From NCBI RefSeq assembly GCF_000027125.1, contig NC_017626.1: a DNA stretch of 64,000 nt. One strand, written 5' to 3'. This DNA is from Escherichia coli 042. GTDB lineage: Bacteria > Pseudomonadota > Gammaproteobacteria > Enterobacterales > Enterobacteriaceae. The position numbers and the translations under genes are program-made. Shown here in pieces: positions 31,982-41,480 of this stretch. The notes beneath the pieces are model-generated. The model saw nothing but the letters and a program-made list of their open reading frames with translations. It was not told the origin of the DNA and ran no database searches. Position 1 is the first letter of the stretch. Each line of letters starts with the position of its first letter.

Positions 31982-33776
31982 ACTATTATCTTACTATCAG
32001 AAAGAACTCGCTTTTCTTAGAAAACAAGGTATTGAGTTTGCAAAAAAATATCCAAAGGTAGCCCGGCGTCTTGGATACAATCAGGGGGGGTCTGAAGATC
32101 CACATGTTCAGAGATTAACGGAGTCTTTTGCTTTCTTAAGTTCAAAAATTCATCAGAGATTAGATGAAGATTTACCCGAGTTAATGGAAGCATTACTTCG
32201 TAATCTTGCTCCCCAATTTTTGTATAACTATCCTTCATCATGTATTGTATCATTTGAACCAGACAGAAAATCCAGTGGAATAACTTCAACTTATAGAGTT
32301 CCTTCTGGCACATCGCTATATTCCAGATATAAATATAAAACCATCTGTCAGTTTCGGACGGTATATCCACTGACTATTGTCCCTGCAACGGTTAATAAAG
32401 CAAGAATTCACTATGATAATTCGTCCTCCTTATGGAAAATTGAATTGAATTTAGACGTTTTCGACGGAGCTAATTTTTCTCTTGATTTTGTAAGATTTTA
32501 TTTGAATGGTCCGGCAACGGTTACTGGTATAATATATACATTATTGTGCGATGAGGTCGATAATATCGTTTTGCAGAGAAATAATGATGTGTTATATGAT
32601 ATCAGTGCTAATATATCCGGTGCCGGATTTTATGAGAGTGAAGTAACACTTCCACAAAAAGGGAACGTTTCTTATATACATAACCTCATACTGGACTATT
32701 TTTCTTTTCCAGAACGATTTAACTTCATTGATATAGAATTTGACTCCGGAATCGAATTATGCTCAGGGGATTCTGTGAGAATAGAAATAACATTAAAAAG
32801 CAGTGCAGAAAAGTATGAGCCAGACAGAATAGAAAGGAATGTTTCTGAAAGACTTTTTAAAGTAAACTGTTCTCCCGTTGTCAATCTCTTCGAGAAGAAA
32901 ACTGAACCCCTACGATTATCTGATGGCCAGGATGAGTATCAGGTAAATACCGATTTATATTCACGTAATGAAGTCTTAATCTGGGATATAAATAAAGTGA
33001 CATTGCACAGATATGAAAATGATATAGTCAAGCAGTTTCCGTTAAAAAATTTATTTGGACTTGAACATTCTGTCATTAAACAATCGTGCAATATATTCTG
33101 GCATAGTTCATGTTATCGCTCGTCTTCTGAAAGAGGGAACTTTGAGGAAAGTGTATATATTCGTCTGAGCGATGATGGCGGAGCCCAGTCATGTATCATG
33201 ACTGGGGATGTCCTTTCAATTGATGCAATATGTACAAATGGTAATATTCCATCATCAATTAATAATGGTGATCCTGATGGTGATTTTGATTGTGATATAG
33301 ATATTGCTCAGCTGCGAATAACTGCGCTGAACCGTCCATCAAGAATGTTGCCGGCTATGGCATTAAAAGGAATGAACTGGAGAATTGTTTCTCAGTTATC
33401 CCTTAATTTTGTGTTGCTCAGTGGTACTGATGGGGCAATGAAACTGAGAGAAATGCTATCCATATATAACTACAACAATAACCACTCAATATCAATTTTT
33501 ATTGAATGGATTAAAGAGTTACAAATCACACCAGTTTCATCCCGTTTACCCGGCATATATCCGCCTGTAACTGCTCGTGGAATTGATATTACCGTAACTC
33601 TTTCAAAGGATGCAGATATGCACCCTGAATGTTTCATGTTTTGCTCTTTCCTTGATCACTTTCTTGGGCTACATGCCCCTGTCAATAGCTTTACTCGCAT
33701 GATTACTGTCATTGAACATGAGGAGCACACTCGTCGTGTATGGCCGATAAGAGCAGGAAAGTTAACATGGCTTTGA
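31974..33776 (+). CDS. tssF: TssF baseplate subunit
   Basis: 600 aa; N-terminus MNKLLSYYQKELAFLRKQGIEFAKKYPKVARRLG parallels TssF of locus A. Confidence 0.8.
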   Translation: MNKLLSYYQKELAFLRKQGIEFAKKYPKVARRLGYNQGGSEDPHVQRLTESFAFLSSKIHQRLDEDLPELMEALLRNLAPQFLYNYPSSCIVSFEPDRKSSGITSTYRVPSGTSLYSRYKYKTICQFRTVYPLTIVPATVNKARIHYDNSSSLWKIELNLDVFDGANFSLDFVRFYLNGPATVTGIIYTLLCDEVDNIVLQRNNDVLYDISANISGAGFYESEVTLPQKGNVSYIHNLILDYFSFPERFNFIDIEFDSGIELCSGDSVRIEITLKSSAEKYEPDRIERNVSERLFKVNCSPVVNLFEKKTEPLRLSDGQDEYQVNTDLYSRNEVLIWDINKVTLHRYENDIVKQFPLKNLFGLEHSVIKQSCNIFWHSSCYRSSSERGNFEESVYIRLSDDGGAQSCIMTGDVLSIDAICTNGNIPSSINNGDPDGDFDCDIDIAQLRITALNRPSRMLPAMALKGMNWRIVSQLSLNFVLLSGTDGAMKLREMLSIYNYNNNHSISIFIEWIKELQITPVSSRLPGIYPPVTARGIDITVTLSKDADMHPECFMFCSFLDHFLGLHAPVNSFTRMITVIEHEEHTRRVWPIRAGKLTWL

Positions 33777-34699
33777 TTAATAACCGGAGTAAATTCAGCT
33801 TTTTCAATAAAGTCCGTGTGTTATTGAAAAATATTCTGAAACCAGATGAAAGCGTTGAAGACGTTGTTGATGAACATTTCAGATTTACATCAAGTCTGTC
33901 TTTAGATGCACCTGACGGTCAGATAGAGAACCTGTATCAGGATGAGAAGGACGGAAAGTATCATCTCACATTATTCGATAATGGATTAACCGGGGCTACA
34001 GGGATTCTTCCTGCCGCATATACAGAATGGCTGATTGAAAGGAAATTACGTTATAATGATGACGCTCCTAAGGCATTCATGGACATGTTTGACCATAGAA
34101 TGTATTGTCTTTCTTATCTCGCATGGCAAAAAATGCATCTGTCAGGAGATGAAAACAGAAGGGATAATAATGTTCTTAACAATGTTCTTTTATCTTTAGG
34201 CGGGATCACTCCTCAGACAGTTAGTGTGACAGGTCTGGCATACGTTGCATTCTATTCACAACCAGTAAGATCCCTGGCCGGGCTTGAGCAGTTACTCTCG
34301 TTAATACATCAAATCAGAGTGTCCATTAATCCTTTTCGTGGCACTTTTGAAAATACAGAACCCAGTGAGCAGGGGGTTCTGGGGAATTGCCTCTATACTC
34401 TGGGGGAAGGTCCTGTCATAGGCAATGTTCGTTGGGTGGTTGATTCACATTTTGATGTTGTATTGGGGCCTGTGGACTATAGAAAAGCACAGGAACTTAT
34501 GCCGGGAAAAGATTCCCACTATTTTATCAGACAACAAATAAGATCGTATATAGGTGATGTTCTTAAGTTCAAAATATATGTGAAAATCTATCCCGGTAAC
34601 AATGATAATCAACTTAATATAAACAATAAGCTTGGTTTCAATCTTTCACTCGGTTCTGAAACAGAAAATTATAAAGAACGGTGCTTTTGTATATTTTGA
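33740..34699 (+). CDS. tssG: TssG baseplate subunit
   Basis: 319 aa; FSFFNKVRVLLKNI motif near the N-terminus; overlaps tssF, start uncertain. Confidence 0.7.
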   Translation: MADKSRKVNMALINNRSKFSFFNKVRVLLKNILKPDESVEDVVDEHFRFTSSLSLDAPDGQIENLYQDEKDGKYHLTLFDNGLTGATGILPAAYTEWLIERKLRYNDDAPKAFMDMFDHRMYCLSYLAWQKMHLSGDENRRDNNVLNNVLLSLGGITPQTVSVTGLAYVAFYSQPVRSLAGLEQLLSLIHQIRVSINPFRGTFENTEPSEQGVLGNCLYTLGEGPVIGNVRWVVDSHFDVVLGPVDYRKAQELMPGKDSHYFIRQQIRSYIGDVLKFKIYVKIYPGNNDNQLNINNKLGFNLSLGSETENYKERCFCIF

Positions 34700-34711
34700 T
34701 GAGAATATATT

Positions 34712-36694
34712 ATGACTAGGCAAAGATTTATATCTGACGATCATTATAAATTCCAGAGTGAACATTTTATCCGGTTGCACGGCTGTGATATATCATTATT
34801 TCCACTTGAGATTAAAGGTAAAGAGTCAATATCTGATGTATATAGTTATGAAATAAAATGCTTTAGTAGGACCGACCACAACTCTCTGGATAAGTTACAC
34901 GGCACGCGTTTGAGTTGTGAGATCGGGGAACAATACAATTCGTTACCTGCGCGCTTCATTCATGGTGTGGTCACAAAAGTGATATATAATTATGATAACA
35001 GCATGCAACATACCTGCATTATTATCTTACAACCAGAGATAGCCGAATTGGCATCTGGTAAAAGAACAAGAGTATGGTCAAATATAAAGCCATCAGATAT
35101 TGTAAGCACAATTCTGGAAGACAGTTTATTTAGTCCGCCACAAGTAATTTTATATAAAGAACAGAATTTGCTGGAGTATAAGATCCAGTACCAGGAGTCA
35201 GATCTTGACTTTATTAATAGAATTTTGTCTGAGGCGGGCATTTACTATTTCTTTGTTCATAATAGAGATAAACATATTATGACATTGGCAGATGATCCTG
35301 CATCTCATCCTAAAGCATCTTATGATAAACTGGAACACTTACCCTGTGAAAATCTGAAGGAATCGCGTCATGGCTATATCAGGGAATGGTCTTTCACAGA
35401 AAGTCTCAAATGTCCTTCTGTGACACTTTCAGGTTATAATGAGAGTAATGTCAGTGAAATTACTATAAAGTCAGAAAGTAAACTGACGGATGTAAAACCC
35501 AGTAAGGGAGTTTATGAAGATATTATCCCAGAGAGAAAGCGTGAGTTGATAAAGAAACGTTCTGAAGCACTGATAGCATCATGTGACAGTGAACTCAAAA
35601 TCTGGTCAGGAAAAACGGATTCATGGTGGTTGTCATGCGGGGAGTGTTTCAGTCTGGACAAACAGGATTACAGAATTACTTCGTTATATCTTAATGCTGT
35701 CAACAATGACAATGAACATGCTGGTTTGTGTTATTGTGATTTGTGTGCTTCAGATAATAAAAGCTCACTTAATTTCAGCCGTGAATTTAAAACACCTATT
35801 ATTCCCGGTGTTTTACTTGCCAGAGTGGTCGGTCCTGACTCCGAAGAATATTATACAGATGATAATGGGCGTGTAAAAATCAGCTTTCTCTGGGGAGAAA
35901 AGTCAGCGGCAGGTACAGATAAAACCTCCTGTTGGGTCCGTGTATCTCAGGTATGGTCCGGGGAGGGATTCGGTAGTCAGTTTATTCCTCGCATTGGCAG
36001 TGAGGTTCTGGTTAGTTTTATACAGGGTAATCCTGACTATCCAGTTATCGTTGGTACAGTGTATAATGGTCAGAATACATCGCCTTTTTCTCTTCCTGAG
36101 AATAATTGTAAGTCTGGATTTATCACCCGTAGTGTTAAGAATGGTAAAAAAGGAGAAGGTCATCAACTGGTTTTTGATGATAAAGAAGGTGAGGAAAAAG
36201 TTATAGTGACTTCATCTGGTGATTCTCTCCTGACTGTAAAGAAGGATATGATCAGCACTATTAACCGCTCTATGTCGTTAACTATTGCTGAAGGGCGTAA
36301 TGCTGAAATAAAAAGAGGGAATGACAGGCTTGTTCTTAAAGAAGGTGACCTACATAATGATGTACATGGTAATATTAATATAAAAGTTTCGAACGGAGAT
36401 TATAATCTTAAAGTGAGCGGGGGAAGTGGTAGTCTTATCACCGATAAGAATCTTACTCTTGAATCAACACAGTCAATAAAAATAAAAGTGGGTGCAAATG
36501 AGATAACGATATCCACATCAGGTATAGATATAAAAGCCGCTAAAATTACTATAGAAGGGCAGGTATCGGCAGAGGTCAAAGCGGCCACACTTAAGTTTGA
36601 AAGCCAGGCTATTTCTGAGGTAAAAGGCACCATGTTGACGCTTCAGGGCTCTGCAATGACACAGATAAAAGGTGGAATCGTGAATATAGGATAA
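34712..36694 (+). CDS. vgrG: VgrG spike protein without C-terminal extension
   Basis: 660 aa; VgrG-like N-terminus (RFISDDHYKFQSEHFIRLHGCDISLFPLEIKGKE) and C-terminal beta-helix repeats; no extra domain. Confidence 0.85.
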   Translation: MTRQRFISDDHYKFQSEHFIRLHGCDISLFPLEIKGKESISDVYSYEIKCFSRTDHNSLDKLHGTRLSCEIGEQYNSLPARFIHGVVTKVIYNYDNSMQHTCIIILQPEIAELASGKRTRVWSNIKPSDIVSTILEDSLFSPPQVILYKEQNLLEYKIQYQESDLDFINRILSEAGIYYFFVHNRDKHIMTLADDPASHPKASYDKLEHLPCENLKESRHGYIREWSFTESLKCPSVTLSGYNESNVSEITIKSESKLTDVKPSKGVYEDIIPERKRELIKKRSEALIASCDSELKIWSGKTDSWWLSCGECFSLDKQDYRITSLYLNAVNNDNEHAGLCYCDLCASDNKSSLNFSREFKTPIIPGVLLARVVGPDSEEYYTDDNGRVKISFLWGEKSAAGTDKTSCWVRVSQVWSGEGFGSQFIPRIGSEVLVSFIQGNPDYPVIVGTVYNGQNTSPFSLPENNCKSGFITRSVKNGKKGEGHQLVFDDKEGEEKVIVTSSGDSLLTVKKDMISTINRSMSLTIAEGRNAEIKRGNDRLVLKEGDLHNDVHGNINIKVSNGDYNLKVSGGSGSLITDKNLTLESTQSIKIKVGANEITISTSGIDIKAAKITIEGQVSAEVKAATLKFESQAISEVKGTMLTLQGSAMTQIKGGIVNIG

Positions 36695-36704
36695 AGGATT
36701 ACAT

Positions 36705-37172
36705 ATGTCAGAGACAAAGAATATCACTGTTCCGGAAATTAATAAAACAGTTGAGCAAATGCTGATAAAAGGGAGATGGCTGGATGCACTTGATTTCTGG
36801 ATTAATAATACAGATTCGTTAGTATTAATCAGATGGCTGGCACAATTTATCTCTCAGTTATCTCCTGAAGAGGATTCACTGCTTTTACAGTCTATTGTCA
36901 GATGGAAGGAAGGCGATGATGAGCAACGCTGGGAAATATTTAGACACGCTGAGTCTGTTGGATTTTCCACTCAGACAGGTGCACTGGGGGTGTCATTATT
37001 TGTATCACAGGGGAGTCTAAGTCCGGCCCCATATGATCCGGTCTATGCACCGTCATGTTCAGAAAAAAAAATTATTTATGGAATATTAATGCATCAGTCG
37101 AATAAATATTATGATGCACCTGATGAAGGTGTGTTTTTTCTTTTTCGGCATTGGTGTAATAGTCATTCCTAG
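36705..37172 (+). CDS. Hypothetical protein between vgrG and PAAR (possible adaptor or cargo)
   Basis: 155 aa; no motif recognised. Confidence 0.45.
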   Translation: MSETKNITVPEINKTVEQMLIKGRWLDALDFWINNTDSLVLIRWLAQFISQLSPEEDSLLLQSIVRWKEGDDEQRWEIFRHAESVGFSTQTGALGVSLFVSQGSLSPAPYDPVYAPSCSEKKIIYGILMHQSNKYYDAPDEGVFFLFRHWCNSHS

Positions 37173-37175
37173 GAG

Positions 37176-37481
37176 TTGTATATGCCTCAACCTGCTGCAA
37201 GAGTTACTGATATGCATGTATGTCCTATGGTGACGCCTGGTTTACCACCTGTTCCCCATGTTGGGGGGCCATTGTTACCACCAGGCTCTCCGTCTGTATT
37301 TATTGGTGGATTACCGGCAGCGACATTGGGGACCCTGGCTCTTTGTTCTGGGCCAGTGGATGTTGTCATTATGGGAAGTGTTAAGGTCTTGATATGCGGC
37401 AAACCAGCTGCACGAATGGGCGATATCTGTGCTCACGGAGGGACAATTGTCAGTGGATATCCTCAGGTATTAATAGGATGA
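37176..37481 (+). CDS. PAAR spike tip protein
   Basis: 101 aa with three literal PAAR-type motifs (PAARVTD, PAATLGT, PAARMGD). Confidence 0.8.
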   Translation: MYMPQPAARVTDMHVCPMVTPGLPPVPHVGGPLLPPGSPSVFIGGLPAATLGTLALCSGPVDVVIMGSVKVLICGKPAARMGDICAHGGTIVSGYPQVLIG

Positions 37482-37484
37482 AAA

Positions 37485-38561
37485 ATGAACAAAATAGAAA
37501 CGGATACATTACTGCTTCCTGTTATAGGAGAATCGCCGGCAGGTGATGATATTGAGTATGATCCGGTGTATAGCGAAATACGGGAGGCAAGACAAAATGA
37601 TCCGGACTATATGTCTCAGGGGGAATGGGCTGTCAGTGAACCCCGCAGAGCTGACTGGAGAAAAGTAAGAAAATTATGTGAGGTTACTTTACGTAATAAG
37701 AGTAAGGACCTACAAATTAGTTGCTGGTATGTGGAGTCCTTGACGCATTTATATGCTCTGGAAGGGATGCATTGCGGATTGGAATATCTTGCAAAGTTTA
37801 TTTCTCAGTACTGGACTACATGCTGGCCATCGCAGGAAGAAGGTCAGGAAATTCGTTACAGTAAATTGGTTCGTCTTGATATAGATTTATCAGAGTATCT
37901 GAAAGCATATCCTCTTCTTGAGGATAAGGAAATCACACTTTCTGAATGGTATAAGGTGTTATCGTTTGAACATGGAGCAAGTTTGTCAGAAGCTGGAAAA
38001 GAAAGATTAATAGAGAGCGAAGGTGATCACTCTGTTGAGTCCTTCAAAAGAGCTGTAGGAAAATATAATCCCCGCAAGGTTAGTGAGCAACTTCTCCAGC
38101 TTTATGATCTACCTGACAAAATTGATGAGATTGAATCTTCTTACTTCTTTCATACGCATGAAGATATACATCATATTTTCGCAAAAACCAGACATATCAT
38201 CAGTGAGATAACCGAGTTACTGAGTCGTTTTTTGCCGCAAGAAACACTGGATCACAGTTCAGTTTCTCAATTTCTAGGCAAACCCGATAGCAGAGACACA
38301 AGGACAGCACTTCCTGAGGAGAAAAAGGAATTTTATTCTGCATTAACACCCTCAACAGATAAAGAGATGTCAAGGGAGAAAGCTATAGAGCAACTGGAGA
38401 AAATAGCTATTTTTTTCAGGCAATCTGAACCAACCAGTCCTGTTCCTTATCTTCTGGAGAGGGCCATACGTTGGTCAACAATGACTATGTCAGAATGGCT
38501 TGAGGAACTACTTAAAGATAATGACTCTATGGAACAAATAAACCGTGTCTTAAAAGGATGA
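37485..38561 (+). CDS. tssA: TssA (ImpA N-terminal domain protein)
   Basis: 358 aa; ImpA_N-like N-terminus (LLLPVIGESPAGDDIEYDPVYSEIREARQ). Confidence 0.75.
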   Translation: MNKIETDTLLLPVIGESPAGDDIEYDPVYSEIREARQNDPDYMSQGEWAVSEPRRADWRKVRKLCEVTLRNKSKDLQISCWYVESLTHLYALEGMHCGLEYLAKFISQYWTTCWPSQEEGQEIRYSKLVRLDIDLSEYLKAYPLLEDKEITLSEWYKVLSFEHGASLSEAGKERLIESEGDHSVESFKRAVGKYNPRKVSEQLLQLYDLPDKIDEIESSYFFHTHEDIHHIFAKTRHIISEITELLSRFLPQETLDHSSVSQFLGKPDSRDTRTALPEEKKEFYSALTPSTDKEMSREKAIEQLEKIAIFFRQSEPTSPVPYLLERAIRWSTMTMSEWLEELLKDNDSMEQINRVLKG

Positions 38562-38565
38562 GAAA

Positions 38566-39120
38566 TTGATGACTATTAAGTGCCTGCTACTAGCGGTTAT
38601 GGTATGCCCCTTTTTCATCACTGCCTGTTCTGATAAGTATTCTGAACAGGATAGAGTGCAGGCTATCAACAATGCCGATGCTCCATTTGGCGCCGGCTTG
38701 CTTACTTTTCAGATATCATCTGATACGCAATTAAACTCACTTAACGAGATATCCAACAGCTGTGCATTATTATTCTTACAGGCTTCAGATAAAAATACAT
38801 TACAGGACATAATGAATAATCCTGTGTTAATCAAACAGTTTTTTATCGGGACAGGTAAGGTTGATGGCATTCTTAAAGTTGATAAATACGTGGCTATGCC
38901 GGGGCAGGAGATAACGCTACATATAGACAGGAATGAAGGGACTAAATATGTAGGTGTGGTTGCTGGATACTATCCATTTCCTGGAAAACAGCATATGTTA
39001 CTCTTAGATATTCCGGTTGATGTTGTTGAGGAAGGTTGGTGGAATAAATCATTACATGCATCACTCTTACCTCTTTCCAAAAAGATATCGATGGGTAAAG
39101 AAAGTATCAGTATGAAATAA
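38566..39120 (+). CDS. tssJ: TssJ-like lipoprotein
   Basis: 184 aa; signal peptide with lipobox FITAC; position before tssK. Confidence 0.65.
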   Translation: MMTIKCLLLAVMVCPFFITACSDKYSEQDRVQAINNADAPFGAGLLTFQISSDTQLNSLNEISNSCALLFLQASDKNTLQDIMNNPVLIKQFFIGTGKVDGILKVDKYVAMPGQEITLHIDRNEGTKYVGVVAGYYPFPGKQHMLLLDIPVDVVEEGWWNKSLHASLLPLSKKISMGKESISMK

Positions 39121-39138
39121 TTGTACGGGTATTACTGC

Positions 39139-40551
39139 ATGCAAGAAGAAGAACAACTTGTTTATTGGTATTCAGGGCTCTATTTACAACCTCAGCACTT
39201 TCAGTCAATTGACTTGCATCATGGCTTCATGCTTGCCAGAAGCAGGCAGTTATCACAACCCCATCATCAGGGGTACTATGAATGTTGTATCAATGATGAT
39301 CTTCTTAAGGAAGATACTGTCAGAGTTGAAAAAATAAAGGCTGTTTTATCTTCAGGGTATTATATCGAGTATCCGGGTAACTGTGTGGTACAGGATAAGT
39401 GCCTGACAAATCTCAAAGGTTCAGATCACGGTACCGTGGATTTGTGGCTTGCGCTTAAGAGATTCAATTCCGGTCATAAAAATGTCTCCAGTGTTAATGA
39501 TAAACGAGGCTCTGCCAGATGGATAAGTTCAGATGATGAACGTAACATGCGTAATGTTTATCATGACAGTCAGGATGCCGATATTACAAGAATAAAATAT
39601 GATATTCAGATTCTTACAGATGAGGAAAAAGATAATACTACAGACTATGAGTATTTACCCCTGACAAGGATCATATATGGAAATAATTCATTGTGTATTG
39701 ATGATGAGTGTTCATTTCCCGTGATGAGGTTATCTGCGAATCACAAACTTAGAAATAAGATCGCAGAGATCTATTCGGATATTAAGTTCTACAAAAATAG
39801 ACTGGAGAAATACAGATATACAGAACGAACAGTGTCCGATGGACATCTTTATAACTTTTTAATTCTATGTGCTATTAATAGGACATTACCACTTCTTTCT
39901 TCATTCATTAATGAAGATGCCATTCACCCATGGTTGTATTATATGGCATTATGTCAGTTTGCAGGGGAAATATCTACATTTCATAACTCTGGACTTTCAG
40001 ATACTAGGATTGTCGAACTATCATACAATCATTATGAGCAGATCTCATGTTTCAGTGATCTGCAGTATTATATTAAGTTAATACTGGATGATTCATGTCG
40101 AGATAAGATTATTAGTGTTGAATTCAGAAAAATAACTACTGATACATTGATCTGTAATTTCGATGAGTACGGTGCCGGAAGTAATTCAGATTACTATATT
40201 AAGTTAACCTCAGATACCTTCAGAAAGAATAAGCTGATTGCATTGCCAGAGATTAAGATTGCTCCATCTGAACATATCGACATGATAATTCAGCATGCTC
40301 TTCCAGGAATCAAGTTTACAGTGATGGATGCCGTTACATCTGATTTGCAGGTAAGAGAGAATACAATCTGGTTAAAGATAGATAAACATTCAGAATTATG
40401 GACGTTAGCTCAGACTCAAAAAAGAGTTGCATTCTATTGGTCATGTAGTCCTGATGATTTACTTGTAGAGTTAGTATTATCGCAGGAAAAGTATGCCGTA
40501 AGCAGGCCTAAACAGGATAACGGTTCTTTCCATCCGGCGGTTGGCAGATAA
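39139..40551 (+). CDS. tssK: TssK baseplate subunit
   Basis: Start taken at ATG 39139 (the ORF track start at 39121 is TTG); N-terminal VYWYSGLYLQPQHFQ is the TssK signature. Confidence 0.8.
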   Translation: MQEEEQLVYWYSGLYLQPQHFQSIDLHHGFMLARSRQLSQPHHQGYYECCINDDLLKEDTVRVEKIKAVLSSGYYIEYPGNCVVQDKCLTNLKGSDHGTVDLWLALKRFNSGHKNVSSVNDKRGSARWISSDDERNMRNVYHDSQDADITRIKYDIQILTDEEKDNTTDYEYLPLTRIIYGNNSLCIDDECSFPVMRLSANHKLRNKIAEIYSDIKFYKNRLEKYRYTERTVSDGHLYNFLILCAINRTLPLLSSFINEDAIHPWLYYMALCQFAGEISTFHNSGLSDTRIVELSYNHYEQISCFSDLQYYIKLILDDSCRDKIISVEFRKITTDTLICNFDEYGAGSNSDYYIKLTSDTFRKNKLIALPEIKIAPSEHIDMIIQHALPGIKFTVMDAVTSDLQVRENTIWLKIDKHSELWTLAQTQKRVAFYWSCSPDDLLVELVLSQEKYAVSRPKQDNGSFHPAVGR

Positions 40552-40877
40552 CGTTCATCCACTTTTGGGAGCTGAAATATGCTTTATCCAGACACTGGAA
40601 GACGTAGCCTAGTACAATATCTGTCAGGCTCCACAGGAGAACCGGATGGCAGAACAGAAAATCGCAGGATGTTTATGGACACGATAGGAGAAGCAGTATT
40701 GCGTTCATGTCAACCATATGTAAGAACCGTATTTAACTCTGTAGTGGTGTTGAACATAATGAGAACCACCCACATAGTGAGCATGGATGTTGCTCATCTG
40801 GCGAATATCAGTGCCAGTGGGCAAATGTTCAATTACAGTTTATCATTTTTGGGGATGAAACATGTTATACTTATGTT

Positions 40878-41480
40878 GTGGAGGTGCTGGTGAATATTGT
40901 TGAATGCTATATGCCAGTATTTAAACTCATATCATCTGTCAGAGTTTTCCCTGAAGAATATAGTGATTACGACAGTACTAGAAAGAATATAATTAACACT
41001 GTTGAGGAGGCTGTTCGCAATAGTGAAAAAATGTCGTTGAGTGACAGCGAACTTGATGCGGCATTTTATGCTGTAATCGTCATGCTTGATGAGGCAATAT
41101 TGTGTTCAGAGCTTCCCTGTAGAAAAGAATGGCGTGATAATCTTTTGCAGATAAAATATTTCGGACACTCCACTGGGGGGGTCGAGTTCTTTTATAAACT
41201 TGATAAAGTCATCGAATCGGGAAGTCAGGCTGGATGGGTCTTTCTCCTGTGCCTGTTACTGGGTTTCAGAGGTAAATATTCCGTGGGTAGTAATGATGAA
41301 ATCAATAATTATATATCGAGGCTGAGGCGACAATGTGAATTGAATGTTGCAATCGACGAAGGAAACAATATTTCACTCAGGGAAAAAAAGTATAAATCAT
41401 CGAGGCTTGGTTTCTATTTATTACTTGTAGGTATTGTTGCTGTCTATTTTGTGGTTTTATCCATGATTTATATGAGATGA
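40878..41480 (+). CDS. tssL: TssL (DotU-like) membrane complex subunit
   Basis: 200 aa; cytoplasmic domain plus one C-terminal TM helix (LGFYLLLVGIVAVYFVVL); start uncertain (GTG at 40878 or ATG at 40911). Confidence 0.7.
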   Translation: MEVLVNIVECYMPVFKLISSVRVFPEEYSDYDSTRKNIINTVEEAVRNSEKMSLSDSELDAAFYAVIVMLDEAILCSELPCRKEWRDNLLQIKYFGHSTGGVEFFYKLDKVIESGSQAGWVFLLCLLLGFRGKYSVGSNDEINNYISRLRRQCELNVAIDEGNNISLREKKYKSSRLGFYLLLVGIVAVYFVVLSMIYMR